Origin: Eledone cirrhosa
Taxonomy: Eukaryota
Assembly: GCA_964016885.1 (NCBI GenBank)
Contig: OZ024742.1
Location: forward strand, 219,790,001-219,854,000
Direction of reading: 5' to 3'
DNA length: 64,000 nucleotides
Position 1 is the stretch's first letter. Each line of letters starts with the position of its first letter. A program made the position numbers and the translations under genes. Shown in pieces: positions 14,101 to 26,964 of this stretch. Below the pieces are notes generated by a model. It had not been told where the DNA came from. It saw only the letters and a list, made by a program, of their open reading frames with translations, and searched no databases.

Positions 14101-15579
14101 TTAACACTGCATCAAAAAGTCTCGCCTTGGCAAGCATAAAAAAGTCATTAACGCTTGGAAGTAAATGCCTTTTTAGTATTTTTTCCAGTTCAAATCCCAA
14201 TGTGGTCAACTTTATTTTTCATCATTTTGGAGTCAATAGATGAAATATCATTTGAGGGTAGTGAATTCACAGAATTGTTTGAGCATTGATGAGATACCTG
14301 TGCATTCTGAGTTCAAATCTAACCTCTCGTTTATAGAAAAGACATGATAAGAAAGGAGTCTGTATTCTTGAAACAACCAATAAAGTACCTTTGAGAAATA
14401 ACTTCATAGGAAGCTAGTTAAACCTATAATATATAAATCATGACAACAACATAAAGAAGAGAAGTCAAATATTTAAAACAGAACTCTCTGACAAAGAGTC
14501 ATGTCTGAGATATTAGAATTCTCTTTATTCACACACACTATAAATGTGGTTGGTGTTAGGAAGGGCATCTAGCCATAGAAACCAAGCCAGAAACAGTTCT
14601 GTATGAGCAAGACAAAACCATCTGATTTGAGTTGTCTCAGAACAGGACAACTCATCTAACTCATACTAGTGTGGAAAATGGATATTAAATGATGATAATG
14701 ATAATGATGATCACAATAAAAATGATTTACTTCAAACACTGAACTTGTTAGAGATGTCAAAAGAGGGAAGCTGTCCTGGAAATGGAGGGAAGCTGTCCTG
14801 GAAAAAAACTTGTCCAGCCGATGCAAGGAAAGGATGATGTTTGAACTATTTATTATTGTTTGTTGATACAGATCATCACTACTCTCGTAGGATTTGACTA
14901 TTTTGTTCTATGTTTAAAGATATTCTAGTTGTGACAATTCATTCTCTTTTCAATCAAAATTCATCTAGGATTGAATTGTCCTTATATTGTCTTTATATTT
15001 TTTGTCCTTATATTTTTTTAGTAAGACATGATCTGAGTAAAATTTCTCTAGTATTTCTAGCAGGTCAAGTATTTAGCTGTATATTTATTTATTTTATTTT
15101 AGGTTATATTACAATTGGTGAACACTAGTATCATTAATTTTATCTTTCCAATGAGGCAATCTCTGAATTTCTGACAGTGACAGTGATAAGGAAGTGTTTG
15201 TATAATTTAGTGCAGAACAAATACACCAAAGGACTTCATTTCAAAGTAACAGTTCCTTTGGTTTTATCACTGATGTTCACATTTTTAACCAAGGTATGCT
15301 GGTGAAAAACAATTACAAACACAGAATATGTATAAGCCGTAAGAGGCAACTAAAAATGTTGGCTTCAAGAAAAGCATCCAGCTATAAAATTTTGCTTCTA
15401 AAAACCTTGTCCAACCCATGCCAGTATGGAAAAGCAGATGTAAAAACGATGATGAGATGATATTACCATCCTCATCATCATGATTGTTTAACATCTGTTT
15501 TTCCTGATAGTAAAGTTTGGACTAAATACACAGACAATGGGCTTCTGCATAGTTACAAAGCATTAGTCAACCTGCTTAA

Positions 15580-15789
15580 CCCTTTAATGTTCAAACCGGC
15601 CAGAATTCTCTACCTTTTTCTGTTGAAACTGGCTGTAACTGGTCACTCAAACTGATGTTAAGGTATTGTTCTCAAAATAAATACTTTCAAAATCTCATAG
15701 ATTCGATATTATGTGAGACAAGTATGTGAGATAAAGCCTTTACCATGAAAATATGATATTATATATAGAGTAATGTGAATGCTAAAGGG
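15580..15789. mobile_element. piggyBac-type MITE, same family, opposite orientation
   Basis: TTAA|CCCTTTAATGTT...AATGCTAAAGGG|TTAA; shared interior aaaatctcatagattcgatattatgtgag. Confidence 0.75.
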
Positions 15790-16339
15790 TTAAGGTTACT
15801 TGCTCAAAGTCACTTAATCCATGTGTCATGTAGTGGCATTGAGAAAGAAGCAAATAGCTGTGAAGTGAACTGATGTCATGCTTGTGCCCATGTTCATATT
15901 GATGAAGTTGTTTCTGTTTAACCCCAGGTCAGCCCTGATCAAGCAGCTATAGTAGATGGATCAAGGATCACATCTAATGTGTTCTGCTTTTCTTAAAATT
16001 GTAGCATTTCATTTGAGAGTTGCCACCACCACCGCTACTGCATTGAATTAGCCGACATCTATGTATAGTTTATTCAGGGACATCCGATGACTCCGAGAGA
16101 GCTTAGCACTCAGCAAGAGGGCTGTATTGGAGTTGACATTGACTGTTGCTAGTTAGCTCTCCATGTCTGAAGTATGTTGAAATTCAAGTTTTGAGGTTTT
16201 GTTGCTTGATGAGAGAAAAGGTGGCGTGATATCAAGCTGAGAGTGATTAACTGCTAAATTCAACAGTGTGAGTAACTATATAGAAGCTTCCATTGATAAT
16301 AACAGAAGGAAAAATAAGTTGAGCAGATATAATATTTAC

Positions 16340-16515
16340 CTGAATAAAAAATAACTTTGGTTTCCCAACCAAACTGGGAGCTCTATCACCTTTGAAAGGG
16401 AGCACCAGAATATTAAGTGGTACAGATCCATCTGTGGCATAGACAGCTCCTTCTCTGCCATGTGAAAGAATGGCAACACCAAAGCAGTCAACATCCGAAT
16501 GGTCCTTGCTGGCCA
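16340..16515 (-). CDS. Effector caspase exon carrying the catalytic His (SHG)
   Basis: Translates (M)ASKDHSDVDCFGVAILSHGREGAVYATDGSVPLNILVLPFKGDRAPSLVGKPKLFFIQ. Acceptor tttttttatag ends at 16516; A+TG across the phase-1 junction gives Met in frame with the upstream exon; donor CAG|gtaaat at 16339 (phase 0). Confidence 0.95.
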
Positions 16516-17404
16516 CTATAAAAAAAATAAAAAATGTGTTTGACTATATTATAAACATAGAGTAAACATTGCTGTTTTAGGAATATCTTACTTGTTATTT
16601 TGACATTTTATTTCTCTAATGAAATTTCAAAACCAGAAATGTTATTATTGATTTCTACTACAGACATTTAAAATTTTTGTTTCCACTAGGGAATTATTTT
16701 ATGTCCATTTTTTCATACTAGTATAGGATGGATGAAACTTTTCCTTTTTTAAAGCAATTTTCTACAGCCAGCTGCCAGTCTTGATGCCAATCCTTAGTCC
16801 TTGATCAAAGTAATGTACAAGTCTTTGAATGCTGAATCAAAGCTCTGGGAAATATTGTTTATTGAAATATATAGACAAACATCATCGTCTGCTGAAGTAA
16901 TGTCAATGTGAAGTGAGAAAAACACACAGATAAACAAATGAACACACAACACATACATACTTGTATATATATATATATATACACAATAGACTTTCATATA
17001 GTTTTTGTCAGCCAATTTCATTTACATGGTGTTGGTCAGCCCGAAGCTATAGTAGAAGCCTGAAGTTATAGTAGAAGATACTTGTCTAAGGTATTACACA
17101 GCAGAATTAGACCCAAGACCACAAAGTTGCAAAGTAACCTTCTTAACCACAAAGTCATGCCTGCATCTAGAAATGGGTTCCATGACTGAAGGATTCTTAA
17201 GAGAACCTCTATATGTAAACTTTGTCTTTAAGAAGTCAGCTTAGGCTTTATCTTTCTTCAGAGATAGTTGCATTCAACACAGAATCTTAGGTAGAACTTG
17301 GACAGTTTTACCATACTACTAGTGCCTACAAAAGGGAGTACATTCTAGTTAAGGGTACTTATTTACAAGACGGTGGAGGGGCTATGTAAGAATTAAGTCT
17401 TCTT

Positions 17405-18430
17405 CTGATGATGATGATGATGCTGATCGAATGCTGAAGCTGATGCATTACGGCACCAGCTCCTGCACTTAATTCAGCCTCCTGCCTTCCATCACTGAAA
17501 TATTTGAACTTTTCTACCTGCTAGAGTGGAACTCCATGTAGAGTGCACTGTGCAAGCTTTCTTGAGAGGATGAGTGTTTCAGTCTTTGCAGCACTGATTT
17601 TCATTCCAACCATGCAGCAATCAACATCAAACCTATCAAGTGCATGTCAGAGGTCACCTGATGAGTTAAATAGTACCATGTTGTTCACAAATTTCAGCTG
17701 ACTGATTCTACACCCACCAGTCTTGATACAACTTCCAACCTGGCTGTGCATATTAATCCTGTCCATGAAGATTATGAGCAGGAGAGGTGACAGTACATAC
17801 CTTTCATAGAGACTGACACACATTGAATGGCTTTGATTTTGAGACATCAGAGCAACAAGAAGCTATTCATCGATCCCATACTCCTGCAGAACCTTCCACA
17901 GCAGGTCTAGTGGAATGCTGTCATAAGCCTTTTAAGGTCTACGAAACAAGAATACACCATTTGGTAATACTCCCACAATTGCTCAGAGACCTGCTGCAGT
18001 GTGGATATTGGGTCAGCTGTGTTGCATCCAGGGCTAAAACTACACTGTTTGTTAGCAAGCTTGGACTTGACAATGTTGCTACATCTCTTTGCCAAAAACT
18101 TAACATAGACTTTCACGGGGAGGCTTAATAAGGAGATTCCTCTAATAATTGTAGTAATCTCTCTTGTCTCCTTTTTTGAAGATTGAGATAACTTCCAGAG
18201 ATCCAGGCCACCCAGCACATATGAGTCAGTAAGATAATACCTTCTCTATTTAAGGCTTTGAACATCTTGGTCTAAATTTCATCCTCCCCAGTGGCCTTGC
18301 TACATTTGAGTTCTTTAATTGCTCTTGTAACCTCAACCTTGTATACATCAGATGATGCTGTTGTGATTGGGTTTAGGAGATCAGCAAAATATTTTCTCCA
18401 CCTCATGAGGATGTGCTTCTCTGAAGAAAT
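17405..18430 (-). mobile_element. RTE LINE fragment, second family (RT domain)
   Basis: RGISLLSLPVKVYVKFL, QCSFSPGCNTADPISTLQQV, CFVDL and VLSPLLLIIFMDRI; (CAT)n tail on the - strand at about 17406-17425. Confidence 0.85.
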
Positions 18431-19690
18431 TAAAGGTAAATATTTAAATAATTGTTTCTACTTTTGGCACAAGGCCAGCAATTACCCAGTGCATTACTGG
18501 TACTTTATTTTATCAACCCCGTAAGGATGAAAGGCAAAGTTAACCTCGGCGGGATTTGAACTCAGAATGGCAAGGACCGTGAAAGATATTTAATGAATAA
18601 CTTTCTATTTGAAATATTCCATACAGTTTTCCAAAGATGCTAATGTTCTAAATAGAGAATTTACATTTGTTAAAATATTCCAATCCATGCCAGCATGTAA
18701 AAATGTTTGTAAAAAAACTGATGATGATGATGATAATTCTATCAGCTTTAACCAGTTATCAACTACATCAAATGAAGAGAAAAATTGTTAATATGTATCA
18801 CAGCTGTGATACTATCAGGCAGTTTTACCAATATGGAGCCTTCAAATCTATTGAACCATAATGGTAATACTAAAAAAACCATTAGTTCATATGTCAGCTG
18901 TCATCCACTTCTAAAAGTGAACCAATGTCCAATAAGTAGAGTTCAGAATCTAATTTAGAATAAAAGATATGCTTAAAAAACACACACACACACACACACA
19001 TCCATATGAGAACAGTTACTACTTTATGCATGCTTATGCAAGCAGGAAGTAATTTGAAGCATAAATAAAATTACATTGTAATTTCTTTTTACTTTATATA
19101 TATAGATATTCTGTCTAACTTATACTAGCATGGAAAATAGATGTGATGATGATGACTAAATACACACACACACACACACATATATATATGTAGAAGTTAT
19201 ATTTAATTTGTTGGGATACAACAAGCAAATATTTTTATAACTGATATAAAGCACTCAACAAATTATTTAACGGCTTAATTTAAATGTACTGGGATTTAAA
19301 CCTCTCCGGCACTAATTTGCATAATAGACCAATAATAAAATTAGTAACCCCACTATCTGGGAGCTTCCAACTGACATGGTTGCATTCTTTAAGGGTATGT
19401 CAATATTTGTTTATAAAACTATATTATATTTTATCTGATGAAAGCGCACCATAATTTGTTTTGGTGTCCTTGAAATATGTATAATGAAATAAATATGGTT
19501 TTATAAATATAGTTTCCATTTGTTAATATATTGTAAATGTTAATATACTGTAAATGTGGTTGGTGTTAGGAAGGGCATCCAGCTGTAGAAAACCCGCCAG
19601 ACAGTTCTATGCGAACAAGACAACCACTCTTGCCTCAAGTGGGAAAACTCCAGTCCAAACCCATGCAAGCGTGGAATATGGACGTTAAAC

Positions 19691-19727
<37 letters not shown>

Positions 19728-19782
19728 GTATATATATATATATGTCCATTTTTCCCAGCTATGATATTAATATATATAATAT

Positions 19783-20125
19783 GGAGGCACATGGCTTAGT
19801 GGTTAGAGCATTGGCCTTGCAATCGAAAGGTTGTGAGTTCAATTCTCAGACCGGGTGATGAGTTGTTTCCTTGAGCAAGACACTTTATTTCACATTGCTC
19901 CAGTTTACTCAGCTGTAGAAATGAGATGATAGGGACTGGGGTCCCTATCATTCCACTGCATAGTGGACGTGGAGGTGCCACGGCAAAAAAGCACCCAGCA
20001 CTCACTGTAAATGAGGTTGGTGTTAGGAAGGGCATCCAGCTGTAGAAATCAAGCCAGAATCAGTTCTCGTCCCACCCTTGCAAGCAGGGAAAAAGCGGAC
20101 GTAAAATGAAATGATGATGATGATG
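19783..20125 (+). mobile_element. tRNA-derived SINE with CORE-like centre and RTE-derived 3' tail
   Basis: A-box TGGCTTAGTGG, B-box GAGTTCAATTCTC, centre ccttgagcaagacacttt...cagctgtagaaatgag, then the RTE 3'UTR block and (gat)n. Confidence 0.85.
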
Positions 20126-21489
20126 ATATACATATATATTTGTATCTAGACAGATTTTACAAGCAAAACCAACTGGCAGGAGAACCAATAGAGTTGGATA
20201 ACATTCATGAGATCAGCTGGTCTCTTTGGAGATAAAGCTGGATCAATTGGACAGTTGCTTTTGACAGGACCCACTGGAGGAGTTGTTTGGAGACTCTGCC
20301 TCCACAACCCCCCAGGAATAAGTGGGTAAAGAAAAGAAGATATACACACAATTATATATATGTTTATGTATGTATGGATGTGTGTATGTCTATGTGTATG
20401 TATGTGTGTATGTTTGTCTTCACTTTGCATTGACACTATGTGGGCTGCCAGTGATGTCTATTTATGTCCTGCATAAACAATAAGTTCCACAGCTCAGCTG
20501 TTCAGTGAGCAAGGATCATTATTTTACTTAAAACAACAGCAACAAAAAACACAAGTAATAGTTGACATGAGGAAGAGCATCTGTCCATAGAGTACTACTC
20601 CCCAAAAGTCTTGTTGAACTGATCCCAGAAAGGGAAAAGCAGATGTTGATGATAGTGCAACTGTCTAAAACATTGAAACATGGAACTTCTGGTATAAATG
20701 AAGAATAATCATCAACACAATTAGTTCATTGTGCTAATTTAGAAGTAATAATCTACATTTATGCCTAATGTAATTTAATACAGAAAATGATTTGCCAAAA
20801 TTTAAAATTGCTATTGTATTTCTTCTTGTAGACTCAAGAAATGTCTTTTTACTACAATTGAATATAAAGTTATAAAGTTATGTATGAAACATATCCGAAT
20901 AAAGAACTCTGACCATAAGTATCTAGCTGTAAATGAAAGAATATATAAAGCTGGCATTTTTGTTGAACAACAATTAAGAGGGCTGATGAAAAATGACAGT
21001 TTCAACAACAGTATATCTAAAATTGAGTTAGATGTCTGGCAAAGATTAGAAATCAGAAAAATCCTGCTTATATATACATATATTTGAAAATACTATCTTA
21101 TATCTGGCAATATTCACATCTAAATTAGTTAAAAAGGAAAAAAATAGAAAATACAGTGAAAAATAAGATGCCCTTATGTTAATGGGAGAAAAGTATCATT
21201 ATTGCCAATAGAACTATAGTATGTATGTGCTATGAAATTATCATTGTTACTTCTAGTTTAGACGTCTTATGGCAGACAGCATTTTTAATAAAACTGGACA
21301 CACACTTGCGCCTTGAATACTCAAGTTGAATATTTGAACCAAATAAAACTGTTTGGTTCTCAGCAAATGTTTCTTGTCACAACAACTGAAACAAATTCAA
21401 TTAGAGAGTACTCAAAACACACCATTCTGCTAGAAAATACAATAATATGAGCAACACTAACAATGGGAAATTTTCTTTGGCTACATACT

Positions 21490-21660
21490 TTCACAAGAAC
21501 TGTTTTATTTGTAAGACTTCATCAGGAGAGTCCTGATGATTTCTTACAAATGAAACAGTTTTAGTCCTGTAGAAATCATTTCTATAAAAAGAATATACCT
21601 ATACTCCACTAATATATTGATGCCACCTGATATACAACGGGAATCCACCAATATATATAT
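21490..21660 (+). mobile_element. Terminal-repeat fragment homologous to the end of the Penelope-like element at 58.7 kb
   Basis: cctgatgatttcttacaaatgaaacagttttagtcctgtagaaatcatttctata matches the - strand of 58760-58815; same local inverted repeat; ends at a TA run. Confidence 0.6.
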
Positions 21661-24129
21661 ATATAATTTATTCTTTTTATACAAGTTGTTTGTTTAATGG
21701 AAGAGTAATATCGAGAAAGGTCCTGTTACATTCAGTTCCTTCAATATATAACCTCCTAGACAAATTCAAATAGAGAAAAACCCAACAACAACAACAAAAT
21801 AACCTCTTACAACTTTAACACATTACTTTCAACTTCTAAAGTCATTTAAGAGACAGTAAGATACACACACATACAATTCTCAGTTGGTGATATGCCAGAT
21901 CTTTTAATTACTTGGAAAGCCTTTTAATGGAATTAGATTGAATTTGTTAAAAGGTAAATCCTATTTGGTATAGAGTTTAGTTTTTTTCATTTTGTTGATT
22001 GATTTACCAGCCCAGAAGACTTTCAATGCCTTATCAAATCATATGTTTGCTCTGTTATATCATGTTTTACTTCTGCCTTTTCTAGGTTATATCTTTCTCT
22101 CTCCCACAGAGAATAAATCCCTTTCCATCAAATATTTTCTCGGATGTTTTGCAACATATATTCATTTAATTTATTCTTGTAAGTTATGGTTCTTTTTATT
22201 TTATCATTTTATTTAATTATTTACTTTTCAAAAAATGTGATTCTCATCATTGAGAGATTTACAAAAATGTTGTTTATGAAAGATATAAAAATATTTGTGT
22301 TCAGGCAGTTTGAATTTGGAATTCCAAAGATATAATATTTTCATACTAATAATTTCTGCAGGGAGTTTACAAACATGTATATGTGTGTGTATATATACGA
22401 GATGTGAGAAAAACCACAAACCCTCCATCTCAATACGCCCTTTGAAAAGCATAAGAACTGTAAAACCGGTAAAGGAAACAAAAAATATTCTTAAAAAGAT
22501 TCCAGTTGCATTTTCGATTGGCACCATCACTAGAGAGGTTGTTGGTCATAGACTCGACTGTAGAGCCCTCTCAATATGAGTAATAGGGGAGGGAGATAGG
22601 TATGAAGTTATAGGTGTATGTGGGGATTTAACAGGGAAATGAATAAAGGGTTGGGGTGGCTGATTAGTGTACGAGCATGTAGTGGAGTCGGGGCAATGGT
22701 CAATATGGTAGAGATGCGGCACATATAAAACATGCGACAACCAATTTGTGATTGGATATCTTCTTGCATACTTCTCCCTTTCTTACTCAGAGTGTTGACA
22801 AACTATGTATTTTGATTGATTTAATATTAGCTTTCATGCTCAACTTAAGATCTGTGGCTTAGTTGTGGGATGTTGGGCTCACAATCATAAGTTTATGGGT
22901 GCAATTCTTGATTTGGACAGCACACTGTGTCCTTGAGTAAGACATTTCATTTTACATTGCTCCAGTCCACTCAGAAAAAAAAAATGAGCAGCATCAGCAT
23001 CAACAAATGGGGGTTAATCTTGCAATGGCTTGACATCCTGTCCAGGAGTTGGGTGGATGCTGGTGAAACTTGTACTCTCAGTCATCTATTATCTCATGAA
23101 ACCAGGATAAGTTCCAGCCAACTGAGCCTCAAGGCATGAAAAAGACTTTAACTTTAAAATTTGAAAATTGTGTTAAAGTTTCTGCCCCTTCACTGCATGC
23201 ATAATTCTCATTTAATTCATTGAAATTTCAAAGTTTCTGACCCTGTTTAATTGTCTCAAATTTTACAATTGTCTTCCCCTCAGAATAAGCATTTATCTAA
23301 TGTTTTTATCTCTTCAGTTATGATTTAAGTTTTCTTGCTAGCTCCATAAAATCCTTTCGATCCAACTATTCTCACCTTACTTAATCTTATATATGGAAAA
23401 ATCCCTGAAATATTGACTGAACATCATGCAAGGTTTGCTGGTCACTGCTTCTGCACAAAAGATGAGATAGTTTCAGACCTCTCGTGGGAGATCACCTCTA
23501 CCAGAAAGCTCAGATATCAAGATACCATAGCAAGAGACACTAAAATTGACAAGGATGACCTACAAACCTTGATGGGAAACAGAGACTATTCGTGTGAAGT
23601 TATGCCTTACTGACTCGCCTAAGGGTGATGGCTAAGGATAAGATAACATTCATAACAACAAATTATCATTCTACCACATCAAGACAGTCAGCTAAACACT
23701 TAACTAGTTCTACCTTACGTACTATATTTTACAACAACAAAGAAGATTACTCTATCTGGAACATCTAGTGAATTATCTTCCATTCAACTATTTCTGTACA
23801 TATAGATTTACTTCCATAAACATGAGTAGGAAAGACATTTGCAACCATCATGTGATGAAACAACCACTACTAATATACTCTACTGGTTGGAAACCTCTTG
23901 TCTAATGTCTTGTCAGTTAAACAATGGAAGAACTAAACGGTAACCATTGGGCAGATGAAATCCAGTTTTTCTGGTCATCTGTTAGAGATCCCTTGGCATC
24001 TTTCATATATTGACTCCTTGAACTAAGTACACAATATCAAGAACCTGCCCCCCCCCCACCGATTATTTATTGACTAAAATCATTTTCTAGATGACAACTT
24101 TACTCTTTACTATTTGACCTAATAATAAT

Positions 24130-24318
24130 AATTGTTTCTACTTTAGGCACAAGGCCAGCAATTACCCAGTACATTACTGGTACTTTATTTTATCGACCCC
24201 GTAAGGTTGAAAGGCAAAGTTAACCTCGGCGGGATTTGAACTCAAACTGTAAAGGGACGTAACTATGCTAGAAAGCATGGCGTCCAACCCTCTACTGATA
24301 CTGCCAATTCACCGCCCT
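24130..24318 (-). mobile_element. Second abundant SINE family (representative copy)
   Basis: Motif gagttcaaatcccgccgaggttaactttgcctttca...gataaaataaagtaccagt recurs at about 400-650, 1115-1250, 2050-2200, 4470-4610, 10520-10670, 18450-18570, 24465-24600, 34800-35310, 36775-36960, 42185-42375 and 46025-46170. Confidence 0.75.
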
Positions 24319-24904
24319 TGACCTGATAATAATAACACCAGCTCATCAAAGGTACATGTATAGTACATAGAATAATGTACAAATGTCAGGAAAGTGAACA
24401 GTGTATAGCCATTAGTGCTAAACATGATATCTAATAACAGGCCGTATTTGGAATGTAAACGATGTTTGGCAGTATTGGTAGAGCGTCAGACAACATGCTT
24501 TGTGGCATAGAGTTGCATTCCTTTATGTTCTGAGTTCAAAGCACGCCGAGATTAGCTTTACCTTTCATCATTACAGGGTTGATAAAATAAACCACCAGTA
24601 ATGTACGGGGGGGGGGGGGGGATTTAATCGACCCCCCCCCCCCTGATATTTATTTTATCAACAACAGAGGTATGTAAGCAAATCATGGGCATCTAAACTT
24701 GAATTCAAAACAAATAATGATGAAAATGCTGCTGCTGATGATAAAAAAGATGATGATGATTATAATGATGATAGAAGGAGGAGGAGGGGGGGGGGGAGGA
24801 AGATGATGATAATAGTGATGATGATGGAAATAATTGTGGTGCTGGTGATGATCACTGTGGTAGAGACGATGATGATGACAATGATGGTGATGATACTTGT
24901 GGCA

Positions 24905-24939
24905 GTGGTGATGGTCATTGTGGTGTGGTTGTAATATTA

Positions 24940-24971
<32 letters not shown>

Positions 24972-25772
24972 GATGGTCATTGTGGTGTGGTTGTAATATT
25001 AATGATGGTGGTGATGGTGGTGATGGTGATGGTGGTGGTGATGGTCATTGCGGTGTGGTTGTAATATTAATGATGATGATGATGGTGGTGGTGATGGTGA
25101 TGGTGGTGGTGATGGTCATTGTGGTGTGGTTGTAATATTAATGGTGATGATGATGGTGGTGGTGATGGTCATTGTGGTGTGGTTGTAATATTAATGATGG
25201 TGGTGATGATGGTGATGGTGATGGTCATTGTGGTGTGGTTGTAATATTAATGATGATGGTGGTGGTGGTGGTGATGGTGGTGATGGTGGTGATGGTGATG
25301 TTGGTGGTGATGGTCATTGTGGTGTGGTTGTAATATTAATGGTGATGATGATGGTGGTGGTGATGGTGGTGATGGTGGTGGTGATGGTCATTGTGGTGTG
25401 GTTGTAATATTAATGATGATGATGATGGTGATGGTGGTGATGGTGATGGTGGTGGTGATGGTCATTGTGGTGTGGTTGTAATATTAATGATGATGATGAT
25501 GATGATGGTGGTGATGGTGGTGGTGATGGTCATTGTGGTGTGGTTGTAATATTAATGATGATGATGGTGGTGGTGGTGGTGGTGAAGGTGGTGGTGGTGG
25601 TGATGGTCATTGTGGTGTGGTTGTAATATTAATGATGATGATGATGGTGGTGGTGATGGTGGTGATGGTGATGGTGATGGTGGTGGTGGTGATGGTCATT
25701 GTGGTGTGGTTGTAATATTAATGGTGATGATGATGCAGTAGTGATGGTTATTGTGGAGTGATTGTAATATTG
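24905..25772. repeat. Compound minisatellite: constant ggtcattgtggtgtggttgtaatattaatg block with variable (GAT/GGT)n spacers
   Basis: About 14 constant blocks visible. Confidence 0.95.
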
Positions 25773-25954
25773 ATGCAGTAACACTATGAAAGAAAACAAT
25801 TATAATAAAGAGATGATGGAGTAGGAAGGGATTATATAAAAATAAGAACTAAGAAATACATTTCTAAAGGAGAGAAAACTATAAGATGCCAACATAAACC
25901 AGAAGTTTCAATGGAAATAAATAATTAGAAGTTCTAATGATATTTCTCACTACA

Positions 25955-26430
25955 TGTAGCAAGAAACTGTATATCAACATATCCTCATAGAAGACAGTGT
26001 TTACATATAGCAGGAAGCTGTATACCGAAATATCCAGGAAGCTGTATATCAAAACATGTAGACACTGTCTATATGTATCAAGAAACTGTATATCAACATA
26101 TCCTCATAGAAGACAGTGTTTACATATAGCAGGAAGCTGTATACCGAAATATCCAGGAAGCTGTATATCAAAACATGTAGACACTGTCTATATGTATCAA
26201 GAAACTGTATATCAACATATCCTCATAGAAGACAGTGTTTACATATAGCAGGAAGCTGTATACCGAAATATCCAGGAAGTTGTATATCAAAACATGTAGA
26301 CACTGTCTATATGTAGCAAGAAACTGTATATCAACATATCCTCATAGAAGACACTGTTTACATATAGCAGGAAGCTGTATATCAAAACATGTAGACACTG
26401 TCTATATGTAGCAAGAAACTGTATAGCAAG
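25955..26430. repeat. 119-bp tandem repeat, about 4 copies
   Basis: ORFs repeat at a 119-bp offset (25997, 26116); the unit is built from aagaaactgtatatc/aggaagctgtata sub-repeats. Confidence 0.95.
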
Positions 26431-26795
26431 ATATTCTCATAACTGCCAGTGTCTACAAGTAACAGGAAGCTGCATATCAAAATATCTCCATGGCATGATA
26501 TTGCCCACATGTAACAAGAAGTTGTATATGAAGATATCATCAGACAGTGTCAAATGGCAACAATGCAGGCTAGAAAGGACCTGACAACTCTGATGCCTTG
26601 ATAAAATGCACCCAGTACACTCTGTAATTTGGTTGGTGATAAAAAGGCCTTCCGGCTGTGGAAACCATGCCACAATTGCAACGTACATGTGAGATATAGT
26701 TGGTGACGCATCTAAATGAGCAGTAACCCTGAAGAAGAACTAACTTGAACCCCAATGACCTGTCAACATGAAAACTGAATGTAAAAGGGTAATAA

Positions 26796-26925
<130 letters not shown>

Positions 26926-26964
26926 ATATATTTATATATATCATCATCATCATGATGATATATA

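Noticed and set aside
19783-19856. tRNA gene
   Set aside because: tRNA-like head continues into a SINE body and tail in multiple copies.
24607-24643. G15...C12 inverted homopolymer pair
   Set aside because: Expanded homopolymers in a SINE tail (gggg...ttaatcgac...cccc); homopolymer lengths are also error-prone.
24905-25772. CRISPR array
   Set aside because: Eukaryotic context, spacers are simple triplet repeats, no cas genes.
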